A DNA stretch of 124,000 nt from Hyalangium minutum (GTDB lineage Bacteria; Myxococcota; Myxococcia; Myxococcales; Myxococcaceae): assembly GCF_000737315.1 (NCBI RefSeq), contig NZ_JMCB01000013.1, forward strand, positions 144,001-268,000, written 5' to 3'. Every line of letters starts with the position of its first letter. Within the stretch, counting starts at the first letter, position 1. A model generated the notes under the pieces. It ran no database searches, was not told where the DNA came from, and saw nothing but the letters and a program-made list of their open reading frames with translations. Position numbers and translations under genes: made by a program. Below, piece after piece: positions 75,355-87,770 of the stretch.

Positions 75355-76452
75355 ATGGCCAAGGGCAGGACTCCGAAGCAACGTCGGCCGGGAACGGGCA
75401 CCAAGCGCAAAGCGGACCCGTCACCGCCGAAGAGAACGACCTCCGCCATCGTGACGACGGGCAGGAAGAGGCCCGTGCTTGCACCGACGCGTTCCGAAGC
75501 GCCTGCTCTTGTGCAGGGAATCTCGGAGGCTCGCCAAGATCTATCGAGAGAACTCCCGACGGCGGTCCCTGTGCCCGGGGAGAGCCGTGAGGGGTCCGAG
75601 GCGGTGCTTGCGCGGTTGCGCAGCTTGGAGACGCTGGAGACGGCTTATGAGGCGTGGCTCGCGCTGAAACTGGAGCACAGTGCCGCCCGCCTTCGCTTCA
75701 AGGAGGAGCGTGAGCGCCTGGATCAGCAGGGTTCGTTCCTCGTGGGCGCTGTTCGCGCAGCGGGCGTCGAGCCCAGGCCTGGCAGTGAGCCCGGTTTGCT
75801 TCCTGCTGGCGCTGAGAGCTTCCTTCGTAACGCCGAAGCCAAGCTCGCGCACGCTCGCGAGGAACTGGCTCGCAGGGAGGTGGAGTCGGAGGCCTTCTAT
75901 CAGAAGGGCTTCGATGAGATCCGCACTACGCTCACCGATCGCGTCCAGCGCTACCTTGCCTCGTCTCGCCCCAGCTTGAAGCTGCTCTTGCGCAAGCTGG
76001 GGGTGACGCGCTCCATTTTGCACGTGGCACGGGTTGGCGGTGACGAGAGCGTGCTGCTCTGCTTTCTCTTCACCGGACGCATTCCCACCCGCTACGGCTT
76101 CCTCTTCGATGACTCCACCGAGGACGTCTCGCTGGCCCCCGCGCCCCTTTATCCGGATGAAGGCGTGGACATGCAGGGCACTCGCCCTGATGCCACGGCC
76201 CTGGGGGCGCGGATGGGGGCTCCCGGTGGGGCATTGCCACTCAAGGGGTTCTTGCCCGTCTTCGTCCCTCGCCCCGAGGGTGGAGAGGACTTCTTCCGGC
76301 TGCTCCAACGTGGACCCGTGATGGAGGTCGAGGTCGCCGACGGCGCCACGTTCCGCAATATCCTCTCCCGCGAGGAGTCAGAGCGCTTCGCGGGCCACCT
76401 GCTGCGGCTGAAGCTCGAAGAGAAGATCGAACTTGAGATCGAGGCTGGCTGA
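75355..76452 (+). CDS. Conserved hypothetical protein (coiled-coil)
   Basis: 365-aa ORF with a basic N-terminus and helical core. Confidence 0.65.
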   Translation: MAKGRTPKQRRPGTGTKRKADPSPPKRTTSAIVTTGRKRPVLAPTRSEAPALVQGISEARQDLSRELPTAVPVPGESREGSEAVLARLRSLETLETAYEAWLALKLEHSAARLRFKEERERLDQQGSFLVGAVRAAGVEPRPGSEPGLLPAGAESFLRNAEAKLAHAREELARREVESEAFYQKGFDEIRTTLTDRVQRYLASSRPSLKLLLRKLGVTRSILHVARVGGDESVLLCFLFTGRIPTRYGFLFDDSTEDVSLAPAPLYPDEGVDMQGTRPDATALGARMGAPGGALPLKGFLPVFVPRPEGGEDFFRLLQRGPVMEVEVADGATFRNILSREESERFAGHLLRLKLEEKIELEIEAG

Positions 76453-76579
76453 GGGGTGGTGAGGCAGGCCGCTGCCGCGCCTCGGAGGATCCGCCGATTT
76501 CATCCGAGGATTCACTCTCCTCCCGGAGTCCGTCCGCTCGTACTCATGTCCCATGACACTGGCCTCCGTGAGGCAGAGC

Positions 76580-77521
76580 ATGACGGGACAGGATGTGGAA
76601 ACCGTGGATGTGGTGATTGTCGGAGGCGGACCTGCGGGCCTGAACGCCGCCCTGACGCTGGGCCGCGCCCGGAAGCGGGTGCTGCTCTGCGACGCCGGGC
76701 CTCCTCGGAATGCCGCGGCCGAGCACATTCACGGCTTCGTCACCCGTGACGGAACGCCACCCCGGGAGTTCCGCCAGATCGCCCGTGAGCAGCTGCGGCC
76801 CTACGGCGTCCAGCTTCGCGAGGCACGCGTGGAGGCCGTACAGACGCTCGCCTCCGGCTTTCAGGTGGTTCTTCAGGGCGCAGGTGCCGTGAGTGCCCGT
76901 CGCGTGCTGCTGGCCACAGGCATGGTGGATGTGCTTCCAGACCTGCCGGGGTTCCGGGAGCTCTGGGGCAAGAGCATCTTCCAGTGCCCTTACTGCCACG
77001 GCTGGGAAGTCCAAGGGCAGGCCTTTGGTGTGCTCGCCACCCAGCCGCCGCTTCTGGACTTTGCCCTGTTTCTCACGGGGTGGTCCCCGCACATCACCGT
77101 GTTCACCGAGCAGCGCTTCGAGCTCCCTCCAGAGCAGCGGGAGCGCCTCCTGCGCGCTGGCGTGCAGCTCGAGGAGCGGCGCATCCGCCGGCTGCTCCCA
77201 GGAGCTGAGGACGGAGCGAGGGCTGGGTTGCTCGAAGCGGTGGAGTTGGAGGATGGGACGCGGGTGGCTCGGGAGGTGCTTTTCGCGCCCCCTCCCCAAC
77301 AGCAGTCACGGGTGGTTCAGCAACTCGGGCTCGCGCTGGATGAACTGGGGTGCGTCCGCGTGAACGCTCACTATGAGACCTCCATCCCGGGCATTTATGC
77401 CGCCGGGGATCTGACGACGCGTCTTCAAGGCGCGGTGATCGCCGCCGCCGCCGGGTGTGCGGCCGCCTCCATGCTGAACCATGCCCTCAACCTCGAGAGC
77501 GCTGAGCATGGAAGCCGTTGA
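76580..77521 (+). CDS. Thioredoxin-reductase-like NAD(P)/FAD oxidoreductase
   Basis: GGGPAGL, LLATG, CPYC redox motif and YAAGD. Confidence 0.88.
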   Translation: MTGQDVETVDVVIVGGGPAGLNAALTLGRARKRVLLCDAGPPRNAAAEHIHGFVTRDGTPPREFRQIAREQLRPYGVQLREARVEAVQTLASGFQVVLQGAGAVSARRVLLATGMVDVLPDLPGFRELWGKSIFQCPYCHGWEVQGQAFGVLATQPPLLDFALFLTGWSPHITVFTEQRFELPPEQRERLLRAGVQLEERRIRRLLPGAEDGARAGLLEAVELEDGTRVAREVLFAPPPQQQSRVVQQLGLALDELGCVRVNAHYETSIPGIYAAGDLTTRLQGAVIAAAAGCAAASMLNHALNLESAEHGSR

Positions 77522-78455
77522 GGCCCCTCGAGGTTCTGGCTACGAAGGCGCGATGCCCAGTCCCCGTGCACCGCAGCGCCCACGACGCGAGCCCTCTCGC
77601 GAAGACTTCGAATCGCTCCGGGTGCCTCTTTGGGTCAGCCGCTATGAGCACGAGGAGCGTGTTCCCTGCGGCCCCCCTGGCCCTGCCGTTCACACCTATG
77701 CGGTCATCATCCTCGTCACACGAGGCCAGGCGCGAGTTCGTCACGCGGGCGAGCAGGTGCTGCGGGCCGGAGATGTTCACCTCATTCCTCCCGGAGATCC
77801 GCATGGGCCGGCTCATCTCGAGGAGGTCGAGGGATGGGCGCTCGCTTTCCGGCCCGAGGCCCTGTCCCAGGAGGACGCGGGGTGGGGGAGCGAGAGCGCG
77901 GTCCACCTGGGGCCCTTTGTCCGGATCCGCAGCGGGTGCCACCCCGTGCTCCGGCCTTCTCCGGCTCAGCGCGGCCGGCTCTTGCACTGGTTCAAGCTCA
78001 TCCAGGCGGAGCTTGCCCAGGAGGAGCCCGGACGGGACGACGCCCTTCGCGCCCTGCTCCGGCTGGTGCTCGTCGAGCTGTCACGCATCGAGGCGCCCCA
78101 GAGCACTCCCGAGCTCGTGGGCCTCAGCCTGGCCCGACGTGCCCTCACGCATATCGAGGCCCACTGCCTCCAGCCGCTGTCGCTGACGGAGGTGGCGGCC
78201 GCCCTGGGCCGCTCCCCCACGCATGTGGCGGGCGTCGTCCGCCGGGAGACAGGGCGGACCGTCGGCGAGTGGATCCTGGAGTACCGCATGGCCGAGGCCC
78301 GCCGGCGCCTCCGGGGCACCGACGAGCGCGTGGACATCATCGCCGAGCGCGTGGGTTACGCGGATGTGACGCACTTCATCCGCCTCTTCCGGCGCGTCCA
78401 CGGCGTCACGCCTGCCGCCTGGAGGCGCCGGGTGACCAGCGCTTCCGGGGGCTGA
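77508..78455 (+). CDS. AraC family regulator
   Basis: Cupin N-domain and a double HTH (IAERVGYADVTHFIRLFRRVHG). Confidence 0.9.
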   Translation: MEAVEAPRGSGYEGAMPSPRAPQRPRREPSREDFESLRVPLWVSRYEHEERVPCGPPGPAVHTYAVIILVTRGQARVRHAGEQVLRAGDVHLIPPGDPHGPAHLEEVEGWALAFRPEALSQEDAGWGSESAVHLGPFVRIRSGCHPVLRPSPAQRGRLLHWFKLIQAELAQEEPGRDDALRALLRLVLVELSRIEAPQSTPELVGLSLARRALTHIEAHCLQPLSLTEVAAALGRSPTHVAGVVRRETGRTVGEWILEYRMAEARRRLRGTDERVDIIAERVGYADVTHFIRLFRRVHGVTPAAWRRRVTSASGG

Positions 78456-78466
78456 GCCGCGCAGGG

Positions 78467-79330
78467 CTATTGCGTGTGCACCACGCCCACGTCCGCGGTG
78501 CCGGCCAGCAGCGCGCTTCCCAGGAAGAGGTTCTCCGACTGGGGGCCCCCAGTGCGAACCGACTGGAAGATGACCAGGTACGTCTGCTTCGGCAGAGGGA
78601 AGGCACTGCCGGGGATCGTTACGCGCTTCACCTTCCAGTCTACCGGCGCGGCGACGAGCTTGATGAAGTCCAGCGGAGCCTTCGGCACGTTCGTGTAGGT
78701 GGGCTCGCCCTGCTGGCCGCTGTCGCTCACCGGGATCACCGTCACGAAGCCCAGCGTCCGCTCCTGCCCAGAGGCCGGCTCTGCTCGGTCGAACGCCAGC
78801 TCCGTGTTAGCCGCCATCCGCACCACCCCCGCCGCCGGATGCAACGCGGGGATGTTCTCCCGGGCGGGCGCCTCCTTCACCTGGCCGACGAACTTCTCGC
78901 CCCCGCGCTCGGCGATGAATTCATAGGTGGCCCCGTTCTGGTATGTCAGCGTCGCGTCGCTGTTGCTCGAGCGGCTGTACGAGCCAAAGCCGTCGCTGGT
79001 GAGGGACACCTTCTGGGTGCCGTTGGTCTGTATTGTCACCGTGGCACCCGTCAGGCCCTCGGGGGTGGCGTTCGTTCCGTTGCGCGTGCCCATGAAGACC
79101 ACGGCCGCTGTCTGGCCCGGGAGGGTGAAGGAGGACTGGCCTCCGTCCGCCTGCACGCCCCCGTCCAGGCCCGCGACGGCCTCGGGCGAGATGGCCACAT
79201 CCGGTGTGGAGAGCAGGGTGCCCACCATCACCGTCTCGGCGGAGATCTGGTTCGCGGTCTTCTCGAGATCGCACGCCAGGGGTGCAAGGCAGCAGACGGC
79301 TACAGCGGAAAGCAGGAAGAGGCGTTTCAT
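78467..79330 (-). CDS. Hypothetical lipoprotein
   Basis: Lipobox PLAC; beta-rich body. Confidence 0.7.
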   Translation of the reverse strand: MKRLFLLSAVAVCCLAPLACDLEKTANQISAETVMVGTLLSTPDVAISPEAVAGLDGGVQADGGQSSFTLPGQTAAVVFMGTRNGTNATPEGLTGATVTIQTNGTQKVSLTSDGFGSYSRSSNSDATLTYQNGATYEFIAERGGEKFVGQVKEAPARENIPALHPAAGVVRMAANTELAFDRAEPASGQERTLGFVTVIPVSDSGQQGEPTYTNVPKAPLDFIKLVAAPVDWKVKRVTIPGSAFPLPKQTYLVIFQSVRTGGPQSENLFLGSALLAGTADVGVVHTQ

Positions 79331-79421
79331 CTGAATCGAATCCTTCCAAGAAGCCCGGCCCTGCAAGAGAGCATATCAGTCCCCCCCACGACAGGCGCGG
79401 GCGCGGTATCCTTGTGGCCCC

Positions 79422-82031
79422 GTGCAGAGCCGCCCCGTCCAGTCCTCCGGCCGCCGCTTCCTCAAGCGGCTGGGGTTTGCCCTCCTTCAGACCGCCATCT
79501 TCGGCTCCCTGATTGGCGGGCTCGTCTACGTCCGCGTGCCGCGGACGCAGCTGGACTCAGAGGGGGCTCCGCAGACGGTCCTCACCTGGCTGGTGGGTCT
79601 TATCGAGCGCCCCGAGAGCCTCACCTATGACGCCCGCGCGCGAGCCCTTGGGGAGTCCCTCCAGCGGCAGCGCCTCAAGGATGCCCAGCACCCGGAGCGC
79701 GTCGTCGTCGTGACGGTGGACGACGACACCCTGAGCAACGCGCAACAGAGCCAGCACCGGGAGCTCGCCTCCTACCCTTGGCCCCGCGAGGTGATGGGCG
79801 GGATGACGCGCCGGCTGGTAGAGGAGGGCGCTTCCATCGTGTTGATCGACACGCTCTTCCCCGAGTTGAGCCCGCGCGGGTGCTTCACCCAGGATCCTCA
79901 GGCCGAAGGGGGCTCCGAAGAGGCCTCCGATGACGAGCTCTTCCGCAAGGGGCTCAGCCAGGATCCCGGCCGCTCCGTGCTCGCCTTCAGCTGGAGTGTC
80001 CCCCGGGCCAGCCCGCCCTCGTTCCAGCTGTGGCCCTACCGCGCACGCGTGGGCTCGCACCCGGGACAGGCCGACGCCCGCACCCAGGCCCAGCAGGTGC
80101 TCGCCCTGCAGCGGCCCGCCTTCCTCATTCCCTCAGGAGATCGGGTGGAGGTGTGGGCCGGCGTCGAGGATGAGCGCGAAGGCCAGGTGCTCGCCGCCAA
80201 GCTCGGCTCGCCCCCGGCCCCGGCCCTCGTCCGGGAGCGCCGCAGCGCGGATGACGCCTCGCGAATCACTCCGCTGGATCTCTTCGTCTCGCTGGCCGAG
80301 GTGGAGGTAGAGGGGCTCGATCCTTCCCTGTTGCTGAAGGTGCGCACGCTGCGCCACCCCGTGGTGCAACTGCTGGGCTCCCAGAGCCTCCTGGGCTCGG
80401 TGACGGCCTTCCCGGACGCCGATGGCGTCGTCCGGGGCATGCTCCACCTCGTCAATTACGAGCCCCGCGAGGGCGAACACCACATCCTCCCCTCGCAGCC
80501 CCTGGCCGCCGCCATGAAGCTGGCGGGCACCCGGAAGCTCCGCTACGCCGATGGCCGCCTCTCCGTGGGCGACGCCTACTCGTTCCCCATGGACGAGACG
80601 GGCTACAGCCTCACGCGCTGGGAGGCCGGAGACGCGGGCCGCACGGCGGGCGCCTCGGTGTTCCGCACCCTCCGCGCCTGGAACATCCTGCTCAACCTCT
80701 TCGATCTCCGCGAAGGCCGGCCGCCGCGCTCGGCGCATGATCTCGAGCAGCGCGCCGTCGTCCTCACGAACACCTCCACCTATGCCACCGAGTACCGCGC
80801 CACGCCCATTGGCGAGACGACGCCTCGGGGCGCCGTGCTCGCGCAGTCGCTGGAGAACATCCTTCAGTCCGAGGGCATCGTCCGGGCCCCGCCCCGGATG
80901 GACCTGTACCTGACGATGGGCATGGCCTTCTTCGGGGCCACCATCGCCTTCTTCTTCAGCCGCAGCTTCCGCTCCGGCTTCGGTGCCGTCCTCTACTTCT
81001 CCAGCGCGGTGGCCGCGCTCGTGGCCTACTACTTCGTGGCCCGCTACGTCTTCGTGGAGAAGCAGCTGTGGATCGCCGTCGCCGGTCCGCAGTTCGCCAT
81101 GGTGGCCACGTTCCTCCTCACCACCGTGTACACCGTCCGCACGGAGGACGAGATCCGCGACTTCGTCAACCACGCGCTCGGCCGCTACGTGAGCCCCGAG
81201 GTGGCCCGGCTCGTCACGAGAGATCTCTCCCTGCTGGTGCACCCCGAGCGCCGGCCGATGACGATCTTCTTCTGTGACATCGCCGGCTTCACCCGGCTCT
81301 CCGAGCAGATGGAGCCGCTGCGGCTCGTCCAGTTCCTCAACGAGTACCTCACGGAGATGACGCTGGCGGTGCGTGCCTCGGGCGGCCAGGTGGACAAGTA
81401 CATCGGCGACACGGTGATGGCCTTCTGGGGCGCCCCCGTGCGCACCGATCGCCATGCCCACCTGGCCTGTGACGCCTTCCTGAAGATGCACGCCCTGGTG
81501 CAGGAGCGCCAGGAGGCCTGGGTGAAGAAGTACGGCCAGCGCATCCTGTTCCGCGCTGGCATCAACAGCGGCGACGTCGTCGTGGGCGACATGGGCACCG
81601 AGCTCAAGTCCAACTACACCGTGTTCGGCGACGCCGTGGGCCTGGCCTCGTGGCTGGAGGGCTGCAACAAGTTCTACGGCACCGTGGCCCTGGTGGGGGA
81701 GGCGACCGCCCAGCTCGCTCGCGACGCCTACGTCTTCCGGGAGGTGGATCGCGTGCTGGTGAAGAACAAGCCCACGCCCATCCGTCTCCATGAGCTGCTC
81801 GGGCGCCACGGGGAGATCTCTCCGCGCATGCAGGAGCAGCTCGGCCTCTACGAGCAGGCGTTGACCGCCTATCACCAGCGCCGCTTCAACGAGGCGCTCG
81901 AATTGTTCGAGCGCTGCTCCTCGGAGTATCAGGACACCGTCGCAGCCGTGTATGCGGGCCGGTGCCGTCGCTTCCTCGTCAGCGCCCCGGCGGAGGACTG
82001 GGATGGCGTCTACGAAGTCGGGGAGAAGTGA
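79422..82031 (+). CDS. CHASE2 class III cyclase-like protein with substituted catalytic Asn/Arg
   Basis: CHASE2 (YPWPR), TMs, FCDIAGF and DKYIGD are retained, but the motif reads GDAVGLASWLEG instead of GD.VN.ASRLEG. Confidence 0.88.
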   Translation: MQSRPVQSSGRRFLKRLGFALLQTAIFGSLIGGLVYVRVPRTQLDSEGAPQTVLTWLVGLIERPESLTYDARARALGESLQRQRLKDAQHPERVVVVTVDDDTLSNAQQSQHRELASYPWPREVMGGMTRRLVEEGASIVLIDTLFPELSPRGCFTQDPQAEGGSEEASDDELFRKGLSQDPGRSVLAFSWSVPRASPPSFQLWPYRARVGSHPGQADARTQAQQVLALQRPAFLIPSGDRVEVWAGVEDEREGQVLAAKLGSPPAPALVRERRSADDASRITPLDLFVSLAEVEVEGLDPSLLLKVRTLRHPVVQLLGSQSLLGSVTAFPDADGVVRGMLHLVNYEPREGEHHILPSQPLAAAMKLAGTRKLRYADGRLSVGDAYSFPMDETGYSLTRWEAGDAGRTAGASVFRTLRAWNILLNLFDLREGRPPRSAHDLEQRAVVLTNTSTYATEYRATPIGETTPRGAVLAQSLENILQSEGIVRAPPRMDLYLTMGMAFFGATIAFFFSRSFRSGFGAVLYFSSAVAALVAYYFVARYVFVEKQLWIAVAGPQFAMVATFLLTTVYTVRTEDEIRDFVNHALGRYVSPEVARLVTRDLSLLVHPERRPMTIFFCDIAGFTRLSEQMEPLRLVQFLNEYLTEMTLAVRASGGQVDKYIGDTVMAFWGAPVRTDRHAHLACDAFLKMHALVQERQEAWVKKYGQRILFRAGINSGDVVVGDMGTELKSNYTVFGDAVGLASWLEGCNKFYGTVALVGEATAQLARDAYVFREVDRVLVKNKPTPIRLHELLGRHGEISPRMQEQLGLYEQALTAYHQRRFNEALELFERCSSEYQDTVAAVYAGRCRRFLVSAPAEDWDGVYEVGEK

Positions 82032-82035
82032 CGCC

Positions 82036-83121
82036 GTGGGCCGCTCTCGGCGCAGGGGTGCGTCCTGGGTGCTCGGAGGGGTGCTCGCGGGGGCTCTCTC
82101 GGCGTGCCAGGCGGGGAACACGCCTGCGCTGCTCGCCCGGGCCGAGCAGAGCCTCGAGGAAAGCCGGGGCCAGCTGAGCCGCGAGCTGGATCAGCGCAAG
82201 GGGGTGGGCCTCATGGGGGCCTCGCTCACCGGGTGCTCCCTGGAGCGCCGCAAGGCCTACGAGCTGGACGCCGAGCAGGAGGCCACCTTGGGCCAGGCCG
82301 TCGCCGCGCGTCAGCTTGCGCTGCTGGGCGTCGAGCCGCTGCCCACCACGGAGCCGGTGGCGCGTTACGTGGATCAGCTCGGGCAGTACCTCGCGCTCGT
82401 GGCCGCAGCGGTAGGCAACGCCAACGGCCCGGATCGCGCCAGCGGACCCGAGCGGGCCCTCGACAACCGCCCCTGGCCTCACGCGGGCTACCAGTTCCAG
82501 GTGCTGCCGCTGGAAGAGCCGCGGGCCTCGGGATCTCCCGGGGGCATCGTCTTCATTTCCACGGGCTTCCTGCGCGCGATGGGCAGCGAGGAGGAACTGG
82601 CTGCGGTGCTGTCCCATGAGCTGGCCCACCTGCAGCGCGGGCACGGCGTAGAAGCCATCAAGGCTGCCCTGTGTGACTACGAAGCGCGCCAGGAGTCCTC
82701 GGCCAAGCTTCAGTCCTTCAATCAGCGTCTCAAGCTGCAGCGCCAGACGGCCGCTGCAGGCTCTCGGACGGCGGAGGAGGCGGCGAACCTCTCCCGCGAG
82801 GGCTTCCCCGAGGGGCTCGAGTTGGAGGCGGACCGTATTGCCGTGCGCATTCTGCTGGCCGCGGGGTACGACGCCCGAGCCTTCACCGGGCTGCTCCAGC
82901 GTCTCAACCTGGAGGCCCCCGCCAAGCACCCCTGGCGCCGCACGCACCCGCAGCCTCGGGAGCGGGTGGCGGTGGTGGAGGAGCGGCTGAAGGCGCTCGG
83001 GCCTTCGCAGGCCTGGCCCACACCCGAGACGGTGGCTTCACGAACCCAGCGCTTCCACGAGGCCATGAGCGTACTGCCCACCCCGGTGGCAGGACCGCAA
83101 TCCCTCCTCCCGCCCCCGTAG
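82036..83121 (+). CDS. M48 family metalloprotease lipoprotein
   Basis: Lipobox LSAC, HELAH, ELEADRIA and THP motifs. Confidence 0.8.
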   Translation: MGRSRRRGASWVLGGVLAGALSACQAGNTPALLARAEQSLEESRGQLSRELDQRKGVGLMGASLTGCSLERRKAYELDAEQEATLGQAVAARQLALLGVEPLPTTEPVARYVDQLGQYLALVAAAVGNANGPDRASGPERALDNRPWPHAGYQFQVLPLEEPRASGSPGGIVFISTGFLRAMGSEEELAAVLSHELAHLQRGHGVEAIKAALCDYEARQESSAKLQSFNQRLKLQRQTAAAGSRTAEEAANLSREGFPEGLELEADRIAVRILLAAGYDARAFTGLLQRLNLEAPAKHPWRRTHPQPRERVAVVEERLKALGPSQAWPTPETVASRTQRFHEAMSVLPTPVAGPQSLLPPP

Positions 83122-83132
83122 GCGCGAGCGGT

Positions 83133-83489
83133 CTACGGATCCTCGTCCGGGTTGCCGAAGAGCTCGCGGATGGGCTTGTCCTCGGCAATGTGCTCGGTCA
83201 CCACCCGGCGCATCTTCTCGGGCGTCATCCGCGAGTAATAAACCTCCCCAGGCCAGCCCATGAGCTGGAAGTCCTCGGGAGAGAGCGGATCCCGCTTGCG
83301 CCCGGTGTCCTCGCGGATCACCACGTTGGGGCCCATGTGGCAGAAGCCGTAGCAGCCGCCCCGGTACGCCTCGCAGCGCGGAACGAGGGCTCGCTGGGCG
83401 AGTTCCTCCTTGGCCGCGGCGAACACGGCATCGGACCCGTTGCCCTTGCAGTCCATGCCTTTGCACACGGAGAGGCGGTAGCGCTTCAT
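83133..83489 (-). CDS. Thioredoxin-like (2Fe-2S) ferredoxin
   Basis: VCKGMDC...GGCYGFCHMGP, with VYYSRMTPE. Confidence 0.85.
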   Translation of the reverse strand: MKRYRLSVCKGMDCKGNGSDAVFAAAKEELAQRALVPRCEAYRGGCYGFCHMGPNVVIREDTGRKRDPLSPEDFQLMGWPGEVYYSRMTPEKMRRVVTEHIAEDKPIRELFGNPDEDP

Positions 83490-83622
83490 CGGGTTCACCC
83501 TACGGGAGTTGCCAGAGACGGGGAAGAGGCGGCCAGGCGAGCGGCCCCCTGAAACGGCACCGGCCCGCGTCCGCTTCCTCGGCAGAGGGAGCAGGGCGGG
83601 CCGGAGCACCCAGCGCGTGGGG

Positions 83623-84342
83623 TTACTTGTGCTTCGGAGCCGTGCCCGCGTGCAGCTGCTTGGGCTCGTGGCCCTTGCCCACGGCGTGCGGCGTCTTGAG
83701 CTGCACCAGGCCCTCGCCAATGCGCGTGTGGGCCTCCTTGTGCACGTGGTGCGGCTCCTCGGAGCCCTCGCGCTTGTTCCACGGATCCGACGGGTGCGAC
83801 ACCGCCGGGCCCTTCAGCAGCTTGGGGATGTCGTACACGAAGCCCTGGCGGTTGTACTCGGGCTTGGTGTGCTCGTAGGTGTCCATGCGGATGGCGTCCT
83901 TGGGGCACGCCTCCACGCACAGGCCGCAGACGATGCAGCGCAGCTCGTCGATGACGAACTGAGTGGGGTACTTCTCGATGACGCGAGACTCACCCTCCTT
84001 GTCCGCGTGCTCGTACTCACCCGCCTCGATGTAGATGCACTGCGCCGGGCAGATGGTGGCGCACATGTAGCAAGCCACGCAGCGCGGCTTGCCATCATCC
84101 CGAGGAACCAGGCGGTGCAGCCCGCGGTAGCCGGGAGGGTAGGGGATCTTCTCTTCCGGGTACTCGACGGTGGTGATGAGGCTGGTGCCCTTGCGGTCCA
84201 CCACCGAGGTGTTCGTGTCGCGCGTTCCGAAGAGGTTCCGGAAGAAGTGGCGCGCGGTGATGCCCAGCCCCTTGAGGAGCTCCGGGAGATAGGCCCGCTC
84301 GCGGACATCCGTGCGGGGATCTTGGGTCGCCTTGTAGCCCAT
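83623..84342 (-). CDS. nuoI: NADH-quinone oxidoreductase subunit I
   Basis: [12 protein letters not shown] and [12 protein letters not shown]. Confidence 0.93.
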   Translation of the reverse strand: MGYKATQDPRTDVRERAYLPELLKGLGITARHFFRNLFGTRDTNTSVVDRKGTSLITTVEYPEEKIPYPPGYRGLHRLVPRDDGKPRCVACYMCATICPAQCIYIEAGEYEHADKEGESRVIEKYPTQFVIDELRCIVCGLCVEACPKDAIRMDTYEHTKPEYNRQGFVYDIPKLLKGPAVSHPSDPWNKREGSEEPHHVHKEAHTRIGEGLVQLKTPHAVGKGHEPKQLHAGTAPKHK

Positions 84343-84368
84343 GACAGTCCTTGTCTTTCCTCGGAAGC

Positions 84369-85883
84369 CTAATGCGTGGAGGCCGTGTGTGCACCTGCGT
84401 GGGCCGGGGCGTGCCCGCCCAGCGTCGCCGAGGCGTGGCCCGCCGCCGGCAGCGCGTGGCCGTGAGCCGCACCCGGCAGCCCGTGCGCGTCATGTCCACC
84501 GCCGTGGCCCAGGGCGCCGTGGCCCCCGCCGTGGCCGGGCTCACCCTTGACCATCTCCTTGCTGGAGAGCGTCAGGGCCACCAGCACGCCAATCTGGAAG
84601 AGCCCGAACAGCGCCAGGTAGCGCAGCGAGGGATCCCACAGCACCAGCGCGCCGCTGATGAACACGTTGGCCAGGCCCACGGGCAGCAGCATCTTCCAGC
84701 CCAGCGTCTGGATCTGATCGTAGCGGAAGCGGGGGAACGTCCAGCGGATGAGCAGCTGCAGGAAGCACAGCAGCAGCACCTTGATCCAGAAGATCGTCCC
84801 CATCAGCGTGGCGTACACCAGCGGGTAGTCCCGCAGGTGGCTGGCCACCCACTCGCCGCCGAAGGGCAGGTGGTAGCCGCCAAAGAAGAGCGCCGCGACG
84901 ACGCCCGACAGCACCACCACCTCGACGAACTCGGAGATCATGAACAGGCCGAACTGCATGCCCGAGTACTCCACGAAGTAGCCGATGATCTCGGACTCAC
85001 CTTCCGGCACGTCGAACGGGGCGCGCTTCGTCTCGGCGAAGGCCGCCGCGAAGAAGCCGATGAAGCCAATGGGCTGCAGGATGATGCCCCACGTCGGCAG
85101 GCCGAAGTCGAAGCCCTCGCCCGCGGCGCCGCCCGTCCACTGCCACAGGTAGCGCGCCTGGCCGGAGGCCTCGCTGCCCGTCTCCGCCGCCAGCGCGCCG
85201 ACGATGGACGGCAGCTGCACGGAGGAGAACGCCAGCATGAGGCCCACCAGCGACAGGCCCAGCGCCACCTCGTAGGAGATCATCTGCGAGGAGGCGCGCA
85301 CGCCGCCCAGCAGGGCGAACTTGTTGTTGGAGGCCCAGCCGGCCAGCGCCGTGCCGTACACCGCCAGCGAGGCGATGGCGAACAGGTAGAGCAGGCCGAA
85401 GTCCGGGGTGGCCACCACCATGTCCACGTTGTGGCCGAACACCTGCACCGAGGGGCCCGCGGGGACGATGGCGAACAGGGCGAACACCGGCCCGAACGCC
85501 AGCAGAGGCCCCAGGTTGAACAGGAACTTGTTCGCGTTCTCCGGCCGGAAGGCCTCCTTGGTCAGCATCTTCAAGGAGTCCGCCGCCACGAAGGGCAGGC
85601 CCGCCAGCGAGCGGTTCTTCAGGCCCGGCAGGGCGATGCGCGCGCGGTTCGGGCCGATGCGGTCCTGCATCAGCGCGCTCCACTTGCGCTCGGCCAGCGT
85701 GAGCAGCGTGGCGATGACCATCACGAACAGGAGCATCAGGAAGATGATGTTCGTGAGCCGGCTGGCGCCGGTGAACAGGTACTGCTCCGCCAGGCCACCC
85801 ACCACGTAGGTGCCGAGCACCACGGCGGCGAGCAGGCCGATGATGAAGCCGATGGCGAAGAGGACAGTGAGAATGCGAGCCAT
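84369..85883 (-). CDS. nuoH: NADH-quinone oxidoreductase subunit H
   Basis: [29 protein letters not shown] and PRFRYDQ motifs. Confidence 0.95.
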   Translation of the reverse strand: MARILTVLFAIGFIIGLLAAVVLGTYVVGGLAEQYLFTGASRLTNIIFLMLLFVMVIATLLTLAERKWSALMQDRIGPNRARIALPGLKNRSLAGLPFVAADSLKMLTKEAFRPENANKFLFNLGPLLAFGPVFALFAIVPAGPSVQVFGHNVDMVVATPDFGLLYLFAIASLAVYGTALAGWASNNKFALLGGVRASSQMISYEVALGLSLVGLMLAFSSVQLPSIVGALAAETGSEASGQARYLWQWTGGAAGEGFDFGLPTWGIILQPIGFIGFFAAAFAETKRAPFDVPEGESEIIGYFVEYSGMQFGLFMISEFVEVVVLSGVVAALFFGGYHLPFGGEWVASHLRDYPLVYATLMGTIFWIKVLLLCFLQLLIRWTFPRFRYDQIQTLGWKMLLPVGLANVFISGALVLWDPSLRYLALFGLFQIGVLVALTLSSKEMVKGEPGHGGGHGALGHGGGHDAHGLPGAAHGHALPAAGHASATLGGHAPAHAGAHTASTH

Positions 85884-87766
<1,883 letters not shown>

Positions 87767-87770
<4 letters not shown>

